Source of the DNA: Hyphochytrium catenoides
Lineage: Eukaryota > Protista > Hyphochytriomycota
Length of the DNA: 64,000 nt
Direction of reading: 5' to 3'
Assembly: GCA_900088475.1 (NCBI GenBank)
Contig: FLMG01004571.1
Location: 62,001-126,000, forward strand
Part shown: in pieces, positions 48,823-60,665 of the stretch
How the letters are laid out: each line of letters opens with the position of its first letter
Position numbering within the stretch: the first letter of the stretch is position 1
Program-made: the position numbers and the translations under genes
Notes under the pieces: model-generated
The model's database searches: none
What the model saw: only the letters and a program-made list of their open reading frames with translations
Told to the model about the DNA's origin: nothing

Positions 48823-51800
48823 ATGTCGAAGCCCCAAAGTCCCGATCAGGGCTGTTCAAAGCCTCAGCATGCGGATCTTCTGCTTAAGATGAGCAAGAAG
48901 ATTGCGCAACTGACAAAGGTTATCTATTCGCTTAACACAAGGAATGAAGATGCTACCGCAGAGGTTAGACCAAAGCACCTTCCAGCATCTCTACCTCCGT
49001 GCTTTCTGCCCTCGCTCGTTCTGTTTTATTCCTCGCGTAGCCCCCTCACGCACTCAAGACTGATGTTCACTGTGCACGCAGGTCCAATATCTCAAAAAAT
49101 ATCATGAGTATCAGCTCCGGGAGCTCACCACCTCAACTCTAGCCAAAGTGGAGACTCTAAAGGAGCAGGTCGTCCCTGCTTCAGTCTAGCCTGCTTTATC
49201 ACCTGGGCTGCCCTCGCTAATAACTCCTTCCGTCCATCGACTTTGCCACCCTTCTCCTTCTCTCCCCCGTCCCTTACTTTTCTCTCAAGCTTCTTATTCC
49301 GCCCTTCCTCGTCTTCTGCAATCCCATCCGTTCTTCGTCTGAAACTCTATGAGTGCCACTCCTCAAACAACCTTATATCTCTCTTGGCCACCCTGGCGCA
49401 TTAGGCTACCAAAGGAAAGGAGGCGGCAATGAAACTGAAGGTCTTACAAGAGAAGTATGAACAGGTCCTCGAATTGCTTTCGAAGAGGATGTAGTGGAGG
49501 CTGGTCGCCCCTAGTTCTGACCCTGGCTGTCTGTCCTTTCTGTCGCTTCCTCTACCGCAGCCATAAGCTATAAACTCAGTTCTGTCTAGGCGGATCAAGC
49601 TCTAATCTCTTTCCTTCTCGTATGCCATTTATGGTCTCTTATGCCTCATCTATAAATTTCCATAGGAGAAAGCGGATTGTCTTGGAGAGCTGGACCTCAT
49701 CCGCGGGAGAGCAGCACATAAGGAGAAACTGCAGGCGCAAGCGTACAATGAAGCACTCCAGAAGCTTCAAGGAGAAGTAAAGGATCTACGAGACAAGATC
49801 AAAGAGAAATCTGAGAAGATGAAAGAGAGAGAAGAAAAGCTAAAGAAGGAGCAGCTGGCCGCAAGTGCTAATGAAGGTATATAGAAAAATCGATAAATTC
49901 ACCGGTCATGCTCCTCATGTGTCACTCTTGTCCGCTCTGTCTCCCTCTTCTTCCGCCCCGCCACTATCCCCTCTACCAACTTTGCTAGGAGTCATCAAAC
50001 AGCGGTGTCAGCAGGAGGTGGCAGACCTGGTCAAAGAGTGGAATAAGAAGTACAATGATCTTCTGACGTCCAAACTAGAGGAGCACGAGAGCGAAAGAGC
50101 AAACCACCAGAAGGAGCTTCAGCAGTCGGAACGGAACATGCAGGAACAGATAGAGAGAGAGAGAAAGTTGGCAGAGGTGAGCCAAGCAGAGAGGCATGAC
50201 AAAGTCAATGACTGTAGCGTGTGCAAGATGATAACAAGGAACGAAGTCTGATCGTGGGAGGAAGAGATGAAGAGAAGGGAGAAGAAGAGCAGAGATGAGA
50301 GAAAGAGAATAAATAGTGAAAAAGACAGCGACGGAAGGGAGAGAGATACGTAACAAAATATGAGGGCAAGAAGGAGAGAGGACGAGGGAGAAGGAAGGTC
50401 ATCCTAAGCGGAGACAAGACGGGAAGAGCTGACTCCGCTTTTGGGCGGACCTCCCCCAATCTAGGAAAAGCTTCTTTCAGCAGAAGAGAAAAGAAAAGGT
50501 GAAGCAGAGGCTCAAGCTCGAGAGTATCAGAAGCAGACTGAAGAGATACGCGGAGAACTGACTAAGAAGGTTCTTTGATCAACTCTTCTTCCACATCCCA
50601 TTCCTTTCTTCTTCCCTTCACCTAAATTGTGTTCTTCCCTTCCTCGCCTCTCCTGAGGTGTCAGCTTATATAGACCCGCTCCCCTTCTGTTACCAGCTTC
50701 AGAAGGCTCTGGGAGACCTTGGAGTCTCACAAAAAGCAGAGAAAGAGAGTGCTGCAGGAAGAGAGAAGCTGAAACTGGAAGTGAAGAGCCTCCAAGAAAG
50801 ACTGCAAGCAGCAGAGGGCAGGCTCCAAGACGCTGCCGCAAAGCTCAAGGTCTCGTTGCAAAAGCCTTGTGCTTCCCCACATCTTGCTCCACTTTATCCT
50901 TCAGACACTGCTCGCTTTACATTCCAATACGTCAGTGTCTCCTTCCACTCACTCACCGAACGGGTAATGACACCATGTAGGAGAGAGAACTTGACAGCTC
51001 TCAGAGAGAGAAAGAGATGGAGAAAAGCCTTCACGCAACTAGAGAGCTACTGGAACAGACCAAATCAGGACACCAAGCGGCGCTAGTGGCAATGGAAGAC
51101 TCGCTAAGAGGAAAGAGCGATGAGAGCAAGCGGTAGGAGAGAGAGAGAGAGAGAGAGAGAGAACACTCATGCAGAATTGGAACCGCTTCAACCTTGCCGC
51201 CAGCTCAGCTGGCTCTCCATCTCTTTTCTAGCCAAAATAGTCATGGTTCTACCCCTCCCTCTCATGTTTCTCTCCCTTTCTGATTGTCCATGTGTCCAGT
51301 TATCTCTCGCTATCTCCTCTCTTTGTGTGTGAGTATACCCTCTGCCTCGCTCTCCAGCTGCCTCTTCTATATTGAACGGCCTCGACTCGCTCGAAAGTCC
51401 GTACAGCACCGCGGCTGCTGTCATTCTGACATCCTCCTTTCATCCTGACTACACTTTCCTTCTGTGTCCCTCTTCCTAGTAAGTTTTCCCCCCGTTCCAA
51501 TTGCCCTTACGGTCACTCTTTTTCTTTCTATCTAAGGCTCCGGCAACAGATAGAGGACCTAGAGCGAAAGCTGAAGGATGAAGCGATGCACCACAGCAAG
51601 CAGTTGGCAGAGAAGGAGAGAAGTAAAGAAGAAGAGAAAGCTACTTTTCTCCTCGAGCAACGGAAAGAAGCAGAAAAGGAAGTGAAGAAAGCAGCAGAGA
51701 AGGCAGCTGCGGATATTCTTCTCGTACGGCACACCTTCATGTTCTTTGGCATTCACTCCCTTCTTGCCGCCTTTAGTCCGCCGCCTCTCTATTCCTCGTT

Positions 51801-54800
51801 TTGGCTAGTCTATTCAACGTTGACATCCTGCCCCCATTGACATTGGCCAAACGTCCATCTTCCGTTCGGGAGCCTGGATGCTTAGGCCCCTCATCCCGTC
51901 CCATCTTTTTCAAAAGCTCACTCCCTCTCTCCGCTTCCATCATCTGGACATCGTTCTTCATCAGGCAAATGCCAAGCATGAGGATGAAGTCAAGAAACTG
52001 AAAATCCTCATTGCTAAGCTGGAGAAGGAGGGAGAAGAGAGACAAAGAGAAGTGGGTTCTCTACGAGTGCTCTTAGATGAGAAGGAGAAGGAGAGGAAAG
52101 CGCTAGAAGTCGCTCTACGAGCACAAGAGGAAAGAAGAAAAGCAGAGGAAGAAACGCGACGAGTAAACGAAAAGGGAACAGAGGAACTACTTAAGCAGCA
52201 GCAGAAGGAAGCAGAGCTGCGACTGGAAGAGCTCAGGCGCGTGGCGGATAAAAAGCTAGAAATCGAAAAGGTATGGTTTTGAACCGAGAGGGGCAAATGG
52301 CAGTTGTGGGGAGGGTAAAGAGGCTTTCCAATGGCCGGAACACGGTCAAAGGCTACGGAGGTCGCTGAAAAAAGGCCTTTGTACCCCAGCGAAGAGAGGA
52401 CGATCTGTGATAACAAGTGAGAGAGAGAGAAGTATCTATATCTGCGCTTGACAAAAGGGTAGAGATAGGAAAGGATGAATGTTTGGCATCGATGCCATTG
52501 TGCTCATCTCCCTCTCTTCTCAACCCCAGCACCGACTTTCCAAAGAGAAAGAGGATCTTGGAAAAGTTTTGCAGAAGCAGCTAGAGGAAGTAAGGGAAGA
52601 GGGTGCCCAAGCGGTAGAGAGGCAGAAGCAGGAGGGACAAAAGCTATTGGCTGAGGTGGAGCGGAGGGGGAAAGAGAAAGAGGATGCCCTCTCACAGCAG
52701 CATCAGAAAAGAGTTATGGAGGTTAGCTCTTTCTCCTTCTGCAAATGGAAGAGTGTCTCTCCTATCCTTTTCTGTTTCGTCTCGTTATCAGCGTATGCCC
52801 TTTCTTTCTTGGCAGCTTCCTAGCTTCGCTTCTACCAGCAGAGAGGTTTTCTTATATTCTTCGAACTTCCAGCGCCATCTAGCCTAGAAAGGCCACAGCT
52901 GCTCCTTATTGCTGTTCCTTTTCTTTCCTTCCTTATGTCATCCGCATCTCTGCTTCCCGCCCAACTTAGTTGACAGAAGAGCACAAGCTGGTCCTCAAGC
53001 GGCAAGCCGATGAAGCAGCGAAGATCAAGTCATCAAGCGAAAACGATGCCAAGAGGATAAAAGAGGTGAAGAGTGCTATCTTCCTGTCCTTCTTTTCTTC
53101 TCTCGTTTGTCCTGGAAAACTCGATCAAACAGTTTAGCCTCTCTTTTATTTTCTACACCTTCGACTGGTTACAATTTTGTCTATCCCCTTGCTATGCCTT
53201 TGAAGTGACGAAGCTTATTCCCATGGCACCTGACACCTTCAGTGTAACTCCCGGTTCTTTCTGCTGCGCTCATCTGGCGGCACGGCTTTTTTAACTGAGT
53301 TGTGCCTGTTAGCTCGAGGCTCGTGCCAAGTCACTGCAGACAGAGCTTGAAGCGGTCCGAGCAGAGCTGACCCAAAGCAATGGGACTCTCACCGCGCTGA
53401 AAAAAAAGTTGACGGAGGGTAAAACGGAGAAGGATAAAGAGCTGAGGGATATGAAAGAGAAGCTGGGTAAGTATTAGGGTGGAAGCCAAGCCGTCTTGAG
53501 ATAGACAAGGTAGAAGTGGGTGAGATAGTGAGAACTGCTTCAATAGCGTAGGCGGCGATATGTATCGGTTTGTTACCTAAGAACACGCCTCGCTGATAAT
53601 TCCTCTGGCCGTTCTGTGACTACTGTCCCTTCCTACTCCACAGAGCAGCAGCGATCTACTCTCGATAAGGAATGGCAAGGAAGGCTTCGGGCACTGCAGG
53701 CTGATTTCGAAGGACGCCTAGCAGCGACAGAAAGGACATTAACGGAGACAGGTTGCCCTATGCGTCATCATACTCTTGCTTGCTCTTTTTCTCTTCTCTG
53801 AAAATTTCTGCCTGTCATGCTGGCCTTGCACTAATATCTCGCTCTTCTCTTCGGTAGAGAATCGGTGGGCCGCAAAGCTTTGCAAAAGCGAGGACGAAGG
53901 CAAGGCCCAGATTGCTTCTCTCACGACAGAGAAGGAGGAATTGAGAAGTGGCTTAGTGGCTAGCACGCAGACGATACAGGAGCTGGAGAAAATCAAGAAG
54001 TGGGTTCTAAGCGCTAGTCTTCGCTCTTGCTTTATCCTCGCTCTTATCTTACACTCTGCCTAACAATCCACCGGGTCTTGGCACTTTTTACGTAACGTTC
54101 GCTGGTGCTGCACAGAACCTTGGAAGAGTCTCTCGCCGCTAGTGAAGAGCGAGAGAGAACGTTGAGAAGAGATTCCGAACTGGCACTGGCCGCGGCTCAA
54201 GATGCCTACGCGCGTAGCGTCAGCGAGAGAGAAATTGAGTTTAGCGGGACGCTTACAGCACTCAAGAAGAAGAGTGAGGAGGAGTTAAGAACCAAGGTTA
54301 CGGCCTTGGAAGGGTGAGCTCTTGTGCATCGCTGCTTTGGTCCGATCTTTAAATGCATACTCTTCAACTCTCCTCTTGTACGTTCACTTCCTTGTTACGT
54401 TCTCGTACGTCTGGCCGTTCCCCCGTTTCGAGTGACCTACACTCCTAAGTCCCTCGTCTGGCTACTCATACACATATCGTCCCCTTCTTTCCTGTCCTTT
54501 ACAGCTCATTCTCTGAAGAGAGGCTCACATGGCGAGCAGAGAAGCAGAAAGAGCTGGATAATGAAAGAGAGTCTCAGGACAGAAAGAGACAACAAGAGAG
54601 GGAGCAGCTTACAGAGGTAAGCAGAGACTTTTTAAATACCGGCAAAGGCCTAAGAAGTATCTCACTCTGACTATCTATCTTGAACTGCACCCCGCCTGAC
54701 GCTCATTTTCCCCTCTTGCAGGAGATGCAAACGGCTCTCCGTAAGCAAAAGGACGTGCTGGTTAAGGAGAAACTTGACACTATAGAGCAGCTCCAGGCAA

Positions 54801-56829
54801 AGTCCGACGAACAGGTCCGGTTGACCTTTTACCTCCAAGGAACGCCTTTAGTTTCCCAGCTGGTGTTGCCTTCTCTTCTTGCTCTCTCCGGCGTTGGTCA
54901 CTTCCACCTTTGGTTCCACTTTCTCTTCGTTTGTTTATTGGAGCAGCCTTCTGATGGTGCTTATTATTCTTCCTCGAAGCTGGGTATGAGCTTTGTAATC
55001 GAGGTTAAGCGACTATCTCTCTATGGAGCGGTTTTTGCAAGGCTTTGTCGTCTCAGACTCGCTCAGGTTATCCTAGATCTCTTATGCCCTTACCTCTGTT
55101 GCATCCAGGCGCGAGCCTTCTTGGCTCGAATCGATAGTCTGGACCAAGCCTTGAGGACCAAAACTTCCATGGTTGAGGATCTTCACTTACAGATAAACAA
55201 GCTGGAGATGCAAACTCAGGTAGAAGAGAATTGAATCAACTAATTGGGAAAGCAATGGATAGGAGAAGAAGTGCAGAGGGAAGAGGAGTTTTAAAGGATC
55301 AGAGAATGTGTGACTCTAAGGCAGTGAATCAATAAGGGCTTATAGCAAAAGTGAAGGGCTGGCTTTAAGCACGTGGCGGGAGAGGACCACTTCGTCAAAC
55401 GACAGATAGTTCAGACTGAAGGCATCGAAAAAGGCAGTAGTGCGGAAGCAACCAACAAGGCCTTTTTATCCCATTCAAACAGCAAACTCAGGAGGACCAT
55501 TTGAGTCTTCTCAAGACGATTGAAGACGAGCACAGGAAACTTTTAGACCGGGAGAAAGCTGCGCACGCTGAAGCCTTACAATCCTTGAAGACCCAGCATC
55601 GAAACAATGTGGAGAGCCTGACTGGAGAGTTTAATGCGTCAAAGGTGCTCTGTCCGAGTACCTCCCTTTACTCTATCCCATTGCCTCCTCTGTTGGCCTC
55701 GAAAACATGCTCTCCTCGTTGTCAGCGGCCTCACACCTGTGGCGCTCACTCTCTACTTTGATCTGTGATTTCTCTGAAGNNNNNNNNNNNNNNNNNNNNN
55801 NNNNNNNNNNNNNNNNNNNNNNNNNNNNNNNNNNNNNNNNNNNNNNNNNNNNNNNNNNNNNNGGTAAGCTTTCCTTCTTCATCTAACTTTGTTCTTCTTA
55901 CTAGGTGTAGCTTGGTCGTTTGCCTCGTGAAGGCTAGTCTCTCACTGTCTTTCTTTGCTGCCCCATGTCTCTTCCCTAGGATGTGGAGTTCATTCAGGCT
56001 CTACAGCAGCAGATGGAGTTACTTGTCAAGTCAGAGAGAGAGGCGAGAGAGAAAGTGGAATATCTGAAGAGAGAGCTGCACAACCGGGAGGAAATGTACA
56101 ATCAGAAGTTTAACGTATCACCTACCGTGGGCTTCATGCAGGTGTGAACATGGAACAAGCAGCTTTTATGCCTTCGAGATAGTGCCTTATAATCATCTTT
56201 CTCATCACTTACTGTCTGCTATAGTCTCTGGCTCTTGCTCTCTCTCTCTCTTTTTCTTTTGTCAACTATTTCCGATTTTTGTAAATGACTCTCATTCCTT
56301 GGACTCTTGCACCTCGGGATATCTGACTACTTTGTATGAAACAACAGGTGACCAAGCGCAAAGGAGAGTCGACGCCACAACGTCGGACACCTCTTGAGAC
56401 TCCTAAGATCAAGCCCATTAAGCCAGAAAGAGAGCGGCCTCAGCCAGAAGAAGAGAGTAACAATAACAGAGGAGAGGTACACAGCTCTTTCTTGTGGCTG
56501 CATTCTCTCATACCATTCCTACTCCTTGCGCACCGGTGACGGTAATTATAGTGCAAGGCAGCTTGAGGAAGTTGATCGCCTCTCTCTTTCTCTCTGTACA
56601 TCTTTTCTCGAGGCATACCCTATCCTCTTTGTCTCTCTCTCTTCGCTACCTCTTCCATATATATTGCCCCCGTCCAACCTCTGTCTTTTATGCTACAGCA
56701 GACGTTAGGGTTCCCTCCTCTCTCCCCGAAGACCAGCCTATCTCCACCTTCATCGGGCTCAACGGCACCGCAAGACCAAATCGGCAAAGAGAGACTGTCC
56801 TCAGGACTCTCCAGAGAATCGCAAGTTAG
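48823..56829 (+). CDS. FAM184-like long coiled-coil protein, >20 exons (one inside an N-gap)
   Basis: N-terminal KMSKKIAQLTKVIYSLNTRNED and C-terminal KRELHNREEMYNQKFNVSPTVG match FAM184A/B conserved motifs; intervening exons are E/K/Q-rich coiled coil. Confidence 0.82.
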
Positions 56830-57304
56830 ACCGAGAAACTCCAGATCATAATCTATTAGCTTTCTCCTTGAACTTTGTCCATGCCACAGAACGACTGAAC
56901 AAGCCAGTCTGTCCCAAGGGACTAATAGCCTTCATTGCCACCTTCCTCTTCCTCTTTCCGGCTGCCGGTTCACAATGATCGTCCTTCTCCGCTGGTTTAC
57001 ATTGTGTGTATAGCGCATTCTTTGCTTCCTCGCTCGTCTCTGCCTTCTCTCCTGCGATAGCAGTGGTGCCCGTGAGAAAGTTGACGATGAAGAAGCATGT
57101 GATACTCCGCTGTATCACACTTCAGCTCTCGGCTGCACAGACATCACCTTCCTACAAGTCGAAGAGCTGTCTTTCTACTCGTCGGGTGTCACAACTCCTT
57201 CCGCTCTTTCCTCTGCGTCATGTCCGTCTTACTGAAGTCATCACATCTCGTCCAGCTCTTGCTCTCTACTTCTCTCTCCCTCCCTACACTCTTCTCCTTG
57301 CATC

Positions 57305-57352
<48 letters not shown>

Positions 57353-57573
57353 CTCTCTATATTCCCTTTCGCCTCCATCATCCCCTAATCTTCTTGCCAT
57401 CAGAACCCAATGCACTCCCTTAAAAATACATCCGGAATGGTCATAACCCAGCCCTGTGTTTATGTATAGAAGCAATGGGCCAATTGGACACGTAGTAATA
57501 CTCCTTGGTTTATTCCTATGATGGGATGATTGTGGTTTCTTGGGGGCCCATCATGGCAGACAGACAGAGGGTG

Positions 57574-57615
<42 letters not shown>

Positions 57616-57700
57616 CTCCCTGTCTCTCTGTCGCTCTGTCTCTCATTTCTCTCTCTCTTTCTCTTTCTCTCTCTTTCTCTCCCCTCTCGTCTTCTCGATC
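57305..57700. repeat. (CT)n microsatellite tracts
   Basis: Directly visible at about 57305-57360 and 57575-57700. Confidence 0.95.
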
Positions 57701-58247
57701 GTCCCTCTCTTTCCGTCCCGTCCATCATCGTCTCCCTTTTTCTCTTTCAAACCTCTCTTACCCTTCAAACCTTGCTTCTTTTCCCCCTACTCTCCCTTCA
57801 TCGCTCTCTTTCTCTTTGTCCGTCCTTTTGTCTGGTGAAGAGTGTGACACTGAACGAAGCACCATCGAGTTATTCAGCTGTCCAAACAAGCCTGGTTGAA
57901 TAGACTATGCCTCCATCCCTCCGACTAACAGGCAGCGGAGAGCAGGCTGGCCTGGTTGGAGGACAGAGAATCCGAGATGGCAGCAGGTCCTCTTGCATTA
58001 TCTCCCACACATGCGCCCTCACTTTGACGTTGCCTCTTGGCACTCGCTCCTCCATCCTCTCTGTCTCTCTATGATGCCCCATCATCCGGCCGCATCTGCT
58101 CATATTGCATATCATCCAGCTCCTTCACTTGCTTCAGCAGTAGACAAGTTTCCACCTGACCCACATCACCTGCAAAGAATACTTTCTACAGAAGTTCCGG
58201 CAGGTCCTCAAAAGTATCTGCAAGAGCTACAAGAGCAATAAAAGACT

Positions 58248-58796
58248 ATGACCTTTCAGCGTGTACTCGTAGCGGCCGCAAAGCCTGCCCTAACGCCACA
58301 GAATATGAGCCCGTCTGGTCCATTAGCGGCACTCAAATTGCAGGGAACTAGATCTCTGGGAGCCGCAAAGAGAGCTCTCTCATCCACGGCTGCCCCTTCG
58401 GAGGCTGCGGACAGTAGCAAGAGAGCTGCCCAGGAGACGAACTCCACAAATACTGAGGCTGAGTTCTGGAGGCAGAAGTTCCAGCAGGCCAGTGAGGAAT
58501 ACAGCTTGAGGTTTCCGTCTGGAGCACCTGGAGAGCAGGCCTCGAGGGCGAGAGGTCACTACCAGCAGAGTGGATGGAAAGAGGTGATGAATCGTACACA
58601 ATTTTCCGGCTGGTGGCTTCTAGGAACCGCTGTGCTAGCGTACAGCTATGGCCGGAACTCTGGGGCTGCAGAGGCACAAAGAGAAGGAGCAGAAAGGGAG
58701 TTGAGACGTCTTTGGAAGTCTATGAAGAATGCTTTTCCTGCGACAAGAGACTCGGAGGAGACTGTGAACTTGAAAATATCCGCGAAAGAGGAATAG
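58248..58796 (+). CDS. Hypothetical 182-aa protein with mitochondrial-presequence-like N-terminus and one short hydrophobic segment, intronless
   Basis: ATG-initiated ORF. The first ~50 aa lack acidic residues and are rich in A/R/K/S/L, ending KRALSST. Hydrophobic segment FSGWWLLGTAVLAYSYG. Confidence 0.6.
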   Translation: MTFQRVLVAAAKPALTPQNMSPSGPLAALKLQGTRSLGAAKRALSSTAAPSEAADSSKRAAQETNSTNTEAEFWRQKFQQASEEYSLRFPSGAPGEQASRARGHYQQSGWKEVMNRTQFSGWWLLGTAVLAYSYGRNSGAAEAQREGAERELRRLWKSMKNAFPATRDSEETVNLKISAKEE

Positions 58797-60011
58797 GACC
58801 CAAGATCTTTCAGCACTCTCCTCCTATTCACAACTGGACAGAAGTAAATGTTAGCTGAAGATCTCTAACTCTAAACGACAAGGGAGCGCTCCAGCTATAA
58901 TTCTTATAGCTTATTGCAAGGAGCTCATATGGCAAAGAAGATGACGAGCTAAGCAAGTCAGAAGCAGAAGCGGTGACAGAGCAGTGGGGGCTATCCTATT
59001 GAGAAGCTGGGAGGAGGAGATTGATGATAAATAAACTGTCTGCCCGCAGGCAAAAGATCTGAAGAAGGATGTTTGGCTTCCTGACGGTGCCGACGAACAA
59101 ATCAATCAATATTATTAGCTTGAATGTACCGAATCTGCTTCCTGCCATCAACCCAATCAAACAAGGGTGCAAAGAGCTAATGAAAATCAAGAGAGGTCCC
59201 TTACACTGCTTTCTTCATTATGCCTCGCCTGAGCCACCTCGACCGAGGCTCCTGTTGTAGAGCTTGTTGAAGTTAGGGCTTTGGGTGATGATAAGGAAGC
59301 ATCTATGGACAATCATCATCAAGCATGCTTTCTGCCGTACGAAGTCCTTGGATGATAGTGATGCAGCACGATGTGCTGTGGGTTCTTCTACAATCTTCTT
59401 TCCTCCTCCTACTTGTACATTCTTTATTTCTTCTTCTTCTATTCTAACGGGACTGATTATCATCTTCCCTACCTTCTTCTCCTTCTGTCTGTCTTTCATT
59501 CTTGTGCTTTCTTGCCCAGCTATTTTCTTCTTTTGTCTTCTTTCTTCTTTAGGCGCTAATGATTTTGTACCTCTTCCTCTTCCTTCGTCTCTTCTCCTTC
59601 GCTCCTCCGTCCTTCCCCCTATCACTGTGTACATATCTCTTCTTAGTAGATCTACATCATTACGCCTTCCAGTCACTTGTTGTTGTTGCTTTCTTCTTTC
59701 TTCTTGGTTCTTCATTATAATGAAAGCTCTTTCGCTCACTTGTCGTTCTTCTCTTTGGCGGTCCTGAGTTTCTTTTATTGACACTTTCTTAATGAAGTCT
59801 TGCACTAAGAAGGCTCGCAATCTTAGTTAGAAGACAAGAAATCTTCTTCCTTTGCCTGTGTGTCCGATCTTTCTTTCTTCCTCTTTCCTCCTTCTTCTTG
59901 TTCATCATCATCATCATCCTCTTCTGCTTCATTTTCTTCTCATCTTCTCCATAACACACATAATAGATAGTGAATTTTAGATCTTCTTCTCCTTCCTCTT
60001 CCTCAACGGTC

Positions 60012-60665
60012 CTACTGGAAGGTAAACTTATAGTTCTGTCCATACTGACTGTCCCACTGGCCATTTGGACCAAAGAAAGCCACCTCAACGGCCCAACCAT
60101 CATTCTTCTGGAATCCTTTAAACATTTCTACTTGCTCGGCAGTTGGATTCGTGATCTCATAGTCGTCTGCTCCTCCAGGGACAGCCGGACGATTCGGACA
60201 ACGGGGATACTCGCCGGGTCCAACATGTGGCTCGAGAGTGGGCTTGGCGTTAGAATCCGCAATTGAGCACTGATAGCAGCCTTTTTGGTTGAGAGCTGCA
60301 GCGGCCCAGACGCCACCTCTGGAGAAATGTGGGTCCATTTTCGTGGTGATGTCACGGAAGGAGCCCGATCTCAAGTTGCGCACTCTGACCCAAACGTTAA
60401 CATCAAGGATACTAATGATGCCTTTTTGGTAGTTGATGTGAACGATTGGACTATAGCTCTCAGAGATGTTCCGCCTGTTAATTGCGCAGACGTTGACTGG
60501 TCCATTCTGCTTGCACTCAATGCCCTGAGGTGCGAAGTAAATCTCTGGGCTGGGACAGTATTGAATAGGGCGGACGTACGGCGTCGTTGGCTGTGGCGTC
60601 TGCTCCTCGGCCGCAGTCACAAGAGCCAGGAATGAGAGGGCGACGAACGCGGTTGGAAGCTTCAT
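60012..60665 (-). CDS. Secreted 217-aa protein, intronless, with a C-terminal WDSQYGQNY motif (CBM-like beta-sandwich end)
   Basis: Signal peptide MKLPTAFVALSFLALVTAA; six Cys; ends WAVEVAFFGPNGQWDSQYGQNYKFTFQ. Confidence 0.8.
   Translation of the reverse strand: MKLPTAFVALSFLALVTAAEEQTPQPTTPYVRPIQYCPSPEIYFAPQGIECKQNGPVNVCAINRRNISESYSPIVHINYQKGIISILDVNVWVRVRNLRSGSFRDITTKMDPHFSRGGVWAAAALNQKGCYQCSIADSNAKPTLEPHVGPGEYPRCPNRPAVPGGADDYEITNPTAEQVEMFKGFQKNDGWAVEVAFFGPNGQWDSQYGQNYKFTFQ

Noticed and set aside
49855-49880. Apparent GC-AG donor (GCC|GCAAGT) in FAM184
   Set aside because: The frame continues to a canonical GT donor (AATGAAG|GTATAT) that matches the phase of the next exon.
59218-59820. 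Overlapping antiparallel ORFs of 200 and 167 aa
   Set aside because: Low-complexity TCT/AGA-rich sequence with no motif; treated as part of a decayed non-coding block.
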